A stretch of DNA of 64,000 nucleotides from Balanoglossus misakiensis (Eukaryota > Animalia > Hemichordata): the NCBI GenBank assembly GCA_040954595.2, contig CM082584.2, positions 11,064,552 through 11,128,551 of the forward strand, in the 5' to 3' direction. Position numbers and translations under genes: made by a program. The notes beneath the pieces are model-generated. The model worked only from the letters and a program-made list of their open reading frames with translations. It was not told the origin of the DNA and did no database searches. This document shows, piece by piece, positions 46,201 through 58,200 of this stretch (its first letter is position 1; every line of letters begins with the position of its first letter).

Positions 46201-49200
46201 GAGAAGATTCCCTCGCCAAATCTATGACAAACCTGCAGAGCCTGGACGAATCAACTCCTAGAAGTCGGGACGACGTCCTGTCGGATGTGACCAGCGACAG
46301 CGAGTTCCACGACACTTACGATTCCATGGAGAGCGAACTGGGTAGTTCGATGGAGTCAGTGGCTGGCAGTCATGATGAGGAAATGTCTCCGCTGTTTGTT
46401 AGCTTGGTTTGCACCGTGAAGGAAGGCAGCAACCTGCGAAGTTTTTCCGCCAGATCCCTGCCAACGTGTCTAGGTGTGTTTGGTTATTGTCCTTTTGAAC
46501 TTAATTTAGCTTCCATTAAAAACATGCATTACAACCAATTGATAGATTTATAATGCGGAGGCAGATTGCTAGCTGATTGTGCAGATTGCAAGCTGATGGT
46601 GTAGATTGCAAGATGATCTATATATGATTGCAATTCTTGTGAGTCACTTTCCCCTTTCTCTGCTTCTTTGCCCAGGCGATTTAATCAACTCCTTTGAAAA
46701 TCCGTCCAGTGACATTGACCTGTCGGATCTGTCAATCACTCTTGACATTATCTGCCTGACACTCCCACCTGAGCTGGACAGGACCATGTCTTCTTTGAGA
46801 CCACTGAGACGAGAGAGAACCACATCCACTGGAAGCATGACGTCACTGCCCGGAACCCCGCCAGATGATCTCCGTCTTTCACTGAACGAATACTCACAAT
46901 CCATGACTGACTCTGCTGCGTGAGTTCTAGTCTAGCATTCTTTCCCTCTTTAGATCTGTGTGTAGTGTCCACTCACTGGTGAATGAATCCTGTAACATAC
47001 TGGGGGCAGTTGTATGTACATTAGGCCCGGCGGGAAACAGACGTATGCTGTGTTCCTCATGGCCAGTCAATGTCACACGCCTCATCCATTTCACTTCTCT
47101 CAGTTAATTACCCCCAAATGACTTGCATTTTCTGCAACTGTGTTTAAATGTGAGACCACCACTTCTTTTTACAAAGAAAAAAATAACCAAATAATTGTTT
47201 TCATAAATGTGACAGTGTTGGTGTTTTTCTTTTATGTGGCAGTGGTTTCATGAGTGAGTCAATGAAGTTAGATCCCCTGAGTACACTGCCGTCTATGCAG
47301 AGTGAAGTTGTTAAACAGGCCACGGAACAGGTAAGTCACAAGCACATCTAAATGGGTGCTGCACCAGAGTACGCAGCTATCCTTATATGCACACATGAAT
47401 ATAAGAATCTCCACAAATTCAAACCAGTGTTGTCTGTCATCTAAGGATAAGGAGAAGATTGAAGTATATTTAGAATAAAGCTGTGAGTGGCAGCTCATGA
47501 GCTATTTCTTTACATATTCCAGATCAAATGGTTGCTGGAAGATGAGATTGCGTCCGCCAAACGTCTGATGTCACCCATCAACACTGCCACACTGGAGATG
47601 GTGTGTAGACACGTGCAGAGGTCTGTGGACAAGAAGACATGCAAAGCAGAGAAAGTGCCCCTTCAGTTTGTGTTCGGTGCCGAGCAGAGCCTGGGAAAAT
47701 TCACTGAGGTAGAAATTCACAGATAATGTCATCTACAGACTTGTGCAGTACAATTCTTGTTCATTTCACAGTGCTTCATATTGGCTTCATATCAACTACT
47801 TACTGTTTGCTAACAAGAAGTATGGCTTCCCTGGTGGCATATCAGAAATAAATTGTGATAAAATTCGGTGGTGGTTTTTTTTTGTTACAGGAGTTTGAGA
47901 GCATGGACATTACTGGGTATCGTCTCAAGAGGGAGGATGTCTTCTACTATCTTGTGAGAGACAAAGAACTGGCCACTGCAAAGGCCTTAGAGATGGCCAT
48001 TACAGCCTTCAGTAGGGAGAACGTGATGGATCTCGATGCCGGTCTGGATCAGAGCCACAGCTCGACTGATCCCAGATCTCCCAGAGGGAAGTTTGAAATT
48101 GGCTCAGACCACGGAAGTGCCAGCGATGGGGAAGAGAAAGAGAAGAAAGAAACTGAAAAATCTCAAGGATTGCCGGACAGTAGTGGTAAAGATGATACGA
48201 CTGCAGGTGCAAGGGCTGGTTCAGCTGACGCTAGAAGAGGGTCTGAGTTATCCTTGGAGGGTCGTACAGATGGTGAACGGAGGGATGCGGGAGAGAGTGG
48301 CCAGTGGCAGGAGGAGGAAAGTGCCGGAGTTGGTGCAGGCCATGATGGGAAGCCGGCTGAAGATAACAGTAGTGGCAGCTCCATACAGATTCTCTCGGAG
48401 GAGCACGGTGGAGAATCCGGGCATCTTCAGAACCCAGAACAGAGTCAAAAAGACGGAGATGAAGTTGTTGGCGTCGATGCCAGCGAAGAGGAGCAGCAAA
48501 AGAATGGCAGCAAAACTGAGGCTGTGGCGGTAACCAGCGGTGATGGGACGTTCATCATCTTGGAGAGGACCAGTGGTACGGATACCAGCAGCACCCAAGA
48601 TAACGGCAACGAGGATGGAGAGAAAGCCTCTGCCGCTGAAATAGCAGAGGAGCCACATGAGGCAGCAGAAAGTGAACCCAACCAAGATAGTAATGTAAGC
48701 ACAGTCGCTGCTGTCGAAACGTCAGGCGGAGACGCAAAAGAGGGCGAAGCTGCAGGTGAAAACGCAAAGGTAGTGAGTGTTGAAGGTGAAAGGTCTGACG
48801 ATGCGGAGTCCACCCAGTACATGACAGCCGAGGGTGAGAGGTCATCAGATGAAGAGCCGAAAGAAGACACTGTGGATGAAAAGTTTACAGACGCCACAAA
48901 GGAACAAGATGCTGAAGGTCAAAGGCCATCTGACGCGGAGGCAAAGGAACGTGAAACGTCAAATGAAGCAGCTCAAGTTAAATCCCCTGAGGCTGAAAAT
49001 ATTGGTGGGGAAAAAGCATTGAAACTGGACACAAATGCTGACAGTAAAATGGGGGAGCTGGCCAAACCGGAGCCAGTTCCAGGAAAGTCTAATGTAACAG
49101 TTCCTACCTCTGAAGCTGTGCCTATACCCGCCTCCGCTATACCGATACACGTGCAGCAAAGCGTTGGTGTGCGTGAGACTCCACTACCAGAGGGCTCTGG

Positions 49201-52200
49201 TCCAATGTCACCATCTGTCGTATCCACCCTGTCGCCGGACACTGGCACTCCGGCCACCGAGGCCACTGGATCGGACATTGCGCCACCGCTGTCAGCTGGC
49301 AGTAAACACCGCCGGCAGGCCAGTTTGTTCTCGACCGTGTCCAGCGGATTCACCAGTGTCAACGCCAGCAGGGTCAGTCTGGCCGATGAGGAAGAAGGTG
49401 AGATATTCAGATCGGAACCCTTTCACGTAGTAAAGACATATAGGCCCATTGACGGTGAATATCTCTAATGGCACTTGGGCTGATTCTGTCATCAGATGGG
49501 TTTAAGTTATATGTTTGATACCTTACAGGTTATGAAGGGGGCACTAGCGACAGTGATATGGATGGTCCTATGATGTCCCTCACTGACATCGAAAGATTCC
49601 AGTCGCAGATGCCGGATTTCTGGTTGATAATGAAGATACACGACGGTCAAGTTGATGTCAATTTCCACTCCAGGTAAACAGCTGTTGTTTCAAATTGCTT
49701 CATGCTGTGATGTGATTAGTTCTGTAGCTTTCTGAATTATTACTAAATTGTGCTATAAAGTCAGCCAGGAAACACAAAGACATGAATTGTGTTGGTACAT
49801 CACAGAAATTGATTGCCTGTCTTGTCAAACAGGGATGCTGGTGACGTTGACAGTCTCGATACACAGGAAGCGTTGTACAACAGAGTGAAAGATGCGATTC
49901 GAAACACCTGCCGCAAAGTCAATCAGGTATGTCAATTGTTTGGGTATCTCCATGAGAATTATATGGTGTCGTCAATCCACTTCTTTCTCATGGATCATGA
50001 TGTAGTTAAGGGGAAGGGGATAGTTTCAAGATACTCACTATATATAACATCTTATATTTCCCAGATGATGCTACTCCAAGATCTGCATGATACCAGGATG
50101 TGCAATGCCCTGCTGGTCGCTGAGAGTGACGAAGATGTGTGGAAACAAGATGAGTCTGGATTGCCTAGGGTTCGGTCGGATCTAGATGGCAAGTATTAAA
50201 AACTACTGTTCTATAACATGCATATTCTATCGTGTGGTGAGGGTCAATACAGTAGAATACGTTACATCATTGAAATGTGATCACTTGCTAAGCCAATGAA
50301 CCATTTTGTAAATTTAAAATACGACAGAATACATGGATGTGCAGAAGCAAGACTACTTGGCTGCCACCATGGAGTTCAAACCTGGCTTCTTTGCCTGCGA
50401 CTGTGTTTGGCAGACGCACATTGCAGTCCATCCCAGACTGAAGACTGGACCTGGAAGAATAGGCACTTCTAGAGGTATGTGCTGTCGTCGCTTCTAGCAG
50501 TTTGTTCCTATCACATTTATTTCTAGAGTATATTTTTTTTTAAATATCTACGGCAAGTCTAGCTTGGTAATATGCACTACTTGCCAGGTTGGGGGATTAA
50601 AATTTCCTGGGATGTATAAAGTGTGTAGTATCAAAATATTTGACTGGCATGATGCAGAGAAACATTTCAGCCATACTCTAATGCTATGTTTTCTTATCTG
50701 TAGGTATCCAATCGGTCAGAGCTGTTCTGAATAAATTTGCTGTGATGAACAGAAAGAACATGTTTGTCATCAAAGACGTAAAAGGCAGTGTCTTCTACCT
50801 AAGGTATGATTTGACATTAATCCACAAAATTAGTGTTTATTGTGTTTTTGATGTTGGTGTGGTTAAATGTGAAATTGACTTGTAATAGTGAAATGAAACT
50901 GATCACTACATATTTATCATTCATTCATGATAGGTTATATGAGTCAATGTGCGTTACATCAGAGACAATGAGTGCATATGGTGTACCACATTCCCCAAGA
51001 AATGATGAACCATCTTCCACTGTAGGTACGTAAGACAGTCATTTATGAAAGTTCCGTAGGATACAGAATTCTGTAGACTTTTTTTCCGTACTGGACCTTC
51101 TCACCCAAAGGCCAAGGCAAAGTGATACCAGAGATTATGTTGAAATCTTAAATGATACATGCATTTCTGTATACAAACATCTGCAATATAAATATGCCAG
51201 CAGTATTCAAATTCTATTAATGTCAACATTTCTACCACTCTTTCTATCACAGCATCCAGGGCATCCTCTATAACATCACTACCTGTTGGAAAAATAGGAC
51301 AAGCTGAATCTGAGGATGACCAACTTTCCGTGAGTTTTTCGCACTTTTAGAACCTTCCAGGAGACCTGTCATTTCGGATTGAATTTTCATTTAAGTCAGA
51401 GTGTGCTGAAGACAGCTTGGGTTTGTTTCTGCCCATCTGTCTGTCTGTTTTAAACTGGGAAAGTTTATCTAAGTCATGACAGGCATGGTCCCACTGATTC
51501 AAATCACACCTAACTAGAGTGTTTTAGAAAACTATCCGACTTCATCTCCTCACAGTTTGGATCAAACAGCAGACGTCCATCCGAGAGAGACTCTGGTGTT
51601 GACGCAATGTCAAGGTCAAGAATAAGTTCAAGGTCAGCGGCATCAAGACAGGTTGACGAGAGTGTACAGATCGATGTCCATGGTATCGATATGATGCGTA
51701 AGTCTGACTCTATAGTGTTCATTGGGTTCCATGGAGCTAGATGTCAGTGATGATGTGGAGAAGGCCATAAAAAGCCTACCAAAGCAAAATTACAACACTC
51801 GCACTCAGGCTGGTATTTGGTTCCATGCGTAGGCTGTACAGATCTTTCAATAATTACCCTTCACTAACAGATGCCCTGATTTTTATAGCTTTATATTCCC
51901 CTCCACATTTATAATCCCATTCCCTGTGGTGTGTCTCTCTTGTGTGCAGTTGGCAAGGAGATCAGCGAGGAACTGATCCAGGTTTTGAGGAATCGTCTGG
52001 ATGAATCCACACTGGATATCATCACATTGCAGCTGGCGAGAAACCCGCTCTGGAAGCTGACAGCTACTGATATACAGGTGAGGCACTGGATGTCTGTAAA
52101 GATATATATTAGGACAGAAAATGCAACGATATAAAGAACTACAGCACAATACTATACATTATGAAATTTGTGTTTGGTTTCAGTTCATCCAACCACCAGG

Positions 52201-55200
52201 AGGTGCCCCCAACACTGTGATCCACTTCACGATGCCGCAGTTCTGGTCGGCGCAGCTGTTTGCCACCGGATTCTATCTGCGTCAGAACTTGCTGCAGTTC
52301 CTGCATCATCCCAAATACGTGGACAACAAAGCGGAGAACCATTTCCAGGATTACTCGGTTGTGGACAACGCCAGCTTGGACTACGAGATTCCAGAGAAAG
52401 ACATCTTCCTGTACATCACACCGCAGTCGTCCGGTGGAAAAGGTAGGCTTCTTTTGGTGGGCTCTGGGATGACAAACATAAAGACAAATGTAGCGACAGA
52501 TGACAGACAGATATCCAGATGACAGATGCCCATATAGCAGACAAGCAGACTGACAGTCATTTGATTTGTATCAACACAGACAGAGTTCATTTGTAAACTC
52601 AGGTGTACAGATGGAGAGATACCAGTACACAAATGATGAAAAAAGAGTTACCGGTATTTCTCTTTTAAGAATGCAGTCAGTAATAATACCATTCCCTCTG
52701 TGTGATCATCACCTCCCATCTGCAATGTATCTATCTTCTGCAGGAATAGCAGCCATATCTCTGTCCATGGTTGATGGCAAGGGACACCCTGTCAGTATCA
52801 TAAGCTGCCCCCGACCAACAGAACTGCAGTCCAACACCCTGGCTTCTTCGGACTTTGAGATGTTTACGACCGTGAACGAGTACAGCATCACAGAAAATAA
52901 GTATCCAGGTACAGTGTGACTGTCATTATATTATATATATGTGTGTTTCTTTGTTCATTTAACAATTCACTCTGTTGCCATGTATACAGACATTTTATTT
53001 TGCTCCTCGCTATCTACTTTGACTCAGCAATCAGTTTCACAGGCAGTAGCATGACATTGTAGTTTCTGTATTTTCATCCACCACACAGGGCCAACGTCAC
53101 TTATACAGCTGTGCATTTGGGAGCGAGGCAACGTCGACATTCAACAGCTGAAGGACAAATTGAAACTGGCAGTGAAGTATTCCCTCTGCGATGTCATCAT
53201 GGAGTACCGCGTGCTGACGGCGCCGTTGGGATTCTGCCAGTACGCAGAGAGCAGCTCTGTGGCCAACTCGCTGGCACCCTCGCCGCTACCCACACCACCC
53301 AACGTCACCCCGCCTAAAAGTGAGTCGGGCCGCTGATTGCCATTTTTGTTCGTTTCCCCGCCATTTGTCTTTTCCCTGATCGCAATTTGTACATTTGAAC
53401 ACATTCAGTTCATATCTGGTGATGTTTTGTTTTGCTTTGTGTTGTTTTGTAGGCAGCGAAGACTCTAGGTCAGCCGGCCAGTCACCAGTCTTTGTGAAAC
53501 AGTTGTCAGATGGATCAGCATCGCAAGACCAAAAGTCATTAGAGGGCAGTGCAAGCACATCACCTGTCAGCATTATGACCAAGGTAACAGTTTTATGTGT
53601 TTTTGTGTGTGTGTACATTTCAATGTTGAACTCATGTTCAAAAAGTGTCCACCAAAAGTGAACTTTTCTCGAAAATTGTCTGCATGTATAAGTTGCTACA
53701 CTACAGCCCCCATACAGAATCTGCCAATACCCACAGAACTGCTGAATGTAAAATTTGTTCTCACATACTGTACGATCATTGTGTCCACAGCGTGCTTCAA
53801 TGGCCGACGTGTCGTCTGCATCAGTTCAGGAGAAGCCGTACTTTTTCCGACAACAGGTACAGTTAAAAAAAATAAACGGCACCCACATTACAACTATCCT
53901 GTGCTTGCCCTCTCTCTCTCTCTCTCTTAGAGTAACCATAAACCCTACTAATTAAATGCTTGCTTTTCCCCCCTACCAGCTACTATACTTGGGGAAAGTA
54001 GGGGTGTGTGTGTGTGGGTGAATCTTCACTTCAATACTTCCTAATGGTAGTACAACTTCCAACTTAGTACTCACCTCTTTTCCACCCCATCAGCAACTGT
54101 GATTTAGTTTTGTCCATTGTTTGTAGTGGTTTAATTGGACCAAAATAATAGGTAACAGGGGTGGAAGTGTTAATCTTAAATGTAACGTCTTTTTATAGCT
54201 TTTTCAATTCCAGTACTAACATTCATTCCACCCTTTAGCCACTCTATAGACTTTAAATTAAGGGGGTAATGGCCGTCACTTTAACCAGAGACAACTCTAT
54301 TTCTTTTTGAGGCCTAACTTTCAACCCTATAATTATTATTGTTATTGTTGTTTTTATTACCGGTATTATATTATTATTTTTATCATTATATGTCTCAGTT
54401 CTCTGTAAATGCCTTTACATTTTATTTGTGCGCTTGAAATGTTCCAACTCCTTTCCCCTGTGTAATTCTCTTGCATATACAGACCACGTCATGCCCAAAC
54501 TTTGCCTGCTTTCTTCTCTCATCTCGTAGACTCAGTATTCATCAAGTAGTCCACATTCTTATGCTGCTTATCGAAGGCCGTATGTCCAAGGTCATGAAAA
54601 GGTAGATGTTAACCAGCAATAACAAACATTGCTTTGTAGTGGTAACAGTCACTAACACTATGTAAATGTGTGCGCTTGGTAGTGCATGGCAAGAGCTGAC
54701 TAGACAAGTTAACATCAGGATGTTTGCACATCTGTCAATTTGCAACAAAGACATTCTTTGAGCAAGAATATTCATTTGATGTCAGTTTCATTTGTTTGTG
54801 TTTATTTGTTTGTTTGTTTGTCAGTTTGTTGTGTGCCGGTATTATTATTTTGTCCTTATTTATCAGTTGTTGTTTTTTTGGGGGGGTGACAAAAGATGTG
54901 GCAGAAGTATATCATTGGGTCAAGAAGTACTAACTTTATATTTTAGCCATATACTTAATATCAGACAAGGCTGCCGTCCATGTACATGTAATTTCATTTT
55001 CAGGGTGAATGCAACTCTCAGCAAACCAAGTCATCAGAGCCGTCTAAAGTGATCTTGTTCAAATCATTTGTGCGCATTGTGTCTGTGTCTACAGAGGGAG
55101 ACTCACTGTCTTCGTGTTTCTCTCTTGCAGCGTTCCAAGTCCACCTCATACGATACCTTCTCACCACCTTTCCTTAGGAAGCTGATGCAGCCAATTCAGG

Positions 55201-58200
55201 TAGCATTCCTTGAGTGGAGTGGGCTTGGCTAGCTCTGTTCTCTCTCTCGAGCTTTTGCCCGCCTTTTCCAGATAATCACTATAACAAAATAACAATGAAC
55301 GTTAACATCCCAAAGGCACGAACTTGGTCTGTTACTAAAACTTTATCAAGTGTAAGGATTGTGAATTTTAGACTTGGTTTGATGTTCTTTCAACTGCCAA
55401 AAAAATCTTACAAAGATAACAAAAAAAGCAAACAAACTCTTAGGAGCCCTTCTGAAGCAAATGAAAGTTTGACTAAGTTGTAACAACTGAACTTTGCAAA
55501 GCAAATTACTTGACCACAAAATTGTGCAATTGTATGTTTCCATAGTCTTTTGCATCTCACTGCCATATTGAATATGTTTGCATGAACAGACCAGCCAACA
55601 ACAACAAGAATTACCTTTTTTCTTCCTGCAAAACTTTCATGGCTGCTGGCTTTAGCTGCACTAGTAAATAGATCTGGTGTTTTGCTGCTTGTAGCTGTGC
55701 ATGCGTGCACTGGTGCACAGTAACCCAATACTGCGCTGCATGGACTAATCGTAAAAGCTTTCTCTTTTTCTGCATGTACTAGCATGGACACAGTGTGCAC
55801 AGTTTTCTTTTACAGAAATCTGCAGATTTTGCGTTAAACACAAGTATTTGTACATGAAGCTGTGATTTTGACTTCAAAGTGTGTTTCTTTTCTGTTATCA
55901 CTTTTGTTTTGTGTATGTTTTTGTTTGTTTTATATTTGTTCATATGTTCATCACTACTGTGAACAGTAACATTCAGGAGGAAAATATCACTTTTGAGCAA
56001 ACACTGTAATAGACAAATGAGTCTGACAAAACATTGCACAGTTTTTCCAGTAACTGCATCCTTTACCTTCACAAAGGTTGTTAATATGGTAATATGGTTA
56101 ACAAGTTTTTTCAACTTTTTTTCCTGAATAGGACTTTTCTCTCCATACGTAATCTTTGGAGAGAACAGGCGCACGCTAATCAAACTTATGGTTTAATAAG
56201 GTGGTTTTGTACAACTTGGTTTTGTAGTGTACAGTGACTGGTTATTTCACTGGGTGGGTTGACATTGTGGTATGTGATAGCTACAGATGGATGCTGCACG
56301 AGCAAGTGGGGTGAAAGGTCATATGGAACACTGGCGCGAGATGCGCGTTCCAAGACTGAAATGAAGGAAGGGATTATTGCATTACACAAGGTTCCAAGGG
56401 TATATATTTAAACACACACAGCTGTCAGTATTTTTCCACAACATACTACACACTCTCTCTCTCTCTATGTGATTGCTGATAACCTAGTATTAACGCCACC
56501 CCTGATAATTTTCCACAGCGTTCCTGCTCATTGGCTGCTCCAGAGCACAGCAGTATGCAAGGGTTGTTGGATCCTCAGAGTGGCAAGTCACGCCGACAGT
56601 TGCTCTACGAATCAGCATCGGCCCAGGCCTCACCGAAATTATCACCGTCCTCCAGGTCGATGACCTCGCTATCTGCATTGCTGTCAAGGAGTCCTAAGGT
56701 ACAGTCACTGTTTGATTTGAAAATTCAAACTGGAACTGTGGGATGTGCCACGTAGATTCTGCTAAATGCGAAGACTCACATTCTCTGTGGTTTGTTTCCA
56801 TGTCAGACAAAAGGTGGCGAGGACATATCCACACAGGAGTCAGAACGAAAGCAGAGGCACTGGGAGAGAGTGAAGAGGAGACGGGAGCTGGAAGAAGGTG
56901 CTCGAGGAGTACTTCATCCAATGTTCACTGATACGTGCAACAAATGGATGGAACATGAATTCAAAATAGGTATGTGTGTGTATTATGAGGGTGTATGTGC
57001 ACTGATTATAATGTTGTATTCCAAAGTACCAGGGGTATGTATGTCTAGCTATCGTATGTAACCAATATATACATCTGAACCATGGCTTTTCGAACCTTTT
57101 CCGTTTCCTCACATCGCTGCCATGTTTCTTTTCCAGGTGTGCCAGCCATACACAAATCCAAGGCAGAGCTGTCATCCGGGTTTTCCGTGGACATTGCGCT
57201 CTACGAGTTGTTGAACGTGATTATTCCGTCCATTTGTCCGGATGTGGCAATAAAGACGTTCAAGGAGTGCCAGGATAAGACATACCAGCTGTTTGATCTT
57301 CCCAAGCCAGTGGTCAGTAAAGTTGGTGTTGAAATAAATTACAAGCTGAATATAAAAAGACATTAGATTGTGGTGCAGATAACTTGAGAACTCTCAGTTG
57401 GATCGTGATTTATTCCTGAAGGAAAAGTTGAGTTGAACTCAGACACTAACTCCTCATTTTGTTTCTCACAGTCTCACGATGAGAAATCTGAAGCATCTTC
57501 ATCGGAGCCGTCTACAGCGACGCAGCCCTCACCATTGCCATACACAGCCAATCATTACATCATAGTCGGACGTAACCATGAGCAATGGAGAGCCACTGTG
57601 GACATTGACAATGTCGGTTACTCTCCCAACTATCCATCCTTACAGAACCCTAAAAGTAAGTTTCTTTCTTTGAATCGGATTTGGTGTGAAGTGTTAGTGT
57701 GAATATTCAAGTACCACTCTGGAAGACATTACTTGTATGATCTGATGTTGACTCCTAATCTGCATGATTGATTTTACGTTTGCTTGCAGCTCGCAAGAGT
57801 TTCCAACACTATGATCCACTGGAGCCCAACCTGTCCACCTGTGATAAGGCTTCGGATTACGTGACCAATGTTAACCTTGGCGCTGGGACATTGCCCATTC
57901 AGATCGTGGTACCCAGACAGAGGCTTTTCTTGATGACTGTCCGGAATAAACAGGTGATTTAATTAAACAAGATTGCCTAAATAATAGACGTTTCATTTTA
58001 CAGTCATCATCATAGACTGTCCTTTTTAATACCCAATGTTATTCAATTTCAGATTACCATGTACACGTACAACTGGTCATCGGAGTTGAACGGTATGCTG
58101 GACAAACTGAGTAACAGACTGTTTCAGTGGCACAATGCCAGGACTCACCTGCTGCAGTGCATCACCAATCAGAAGATGGGTCTCTTCCACCACAGGACGT

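Noticed and set aside
48009-49492. Multiple overlapping and antisense ORFs
   Set aside because: Shadow frames of the large SZT2 exon 47891-49398.
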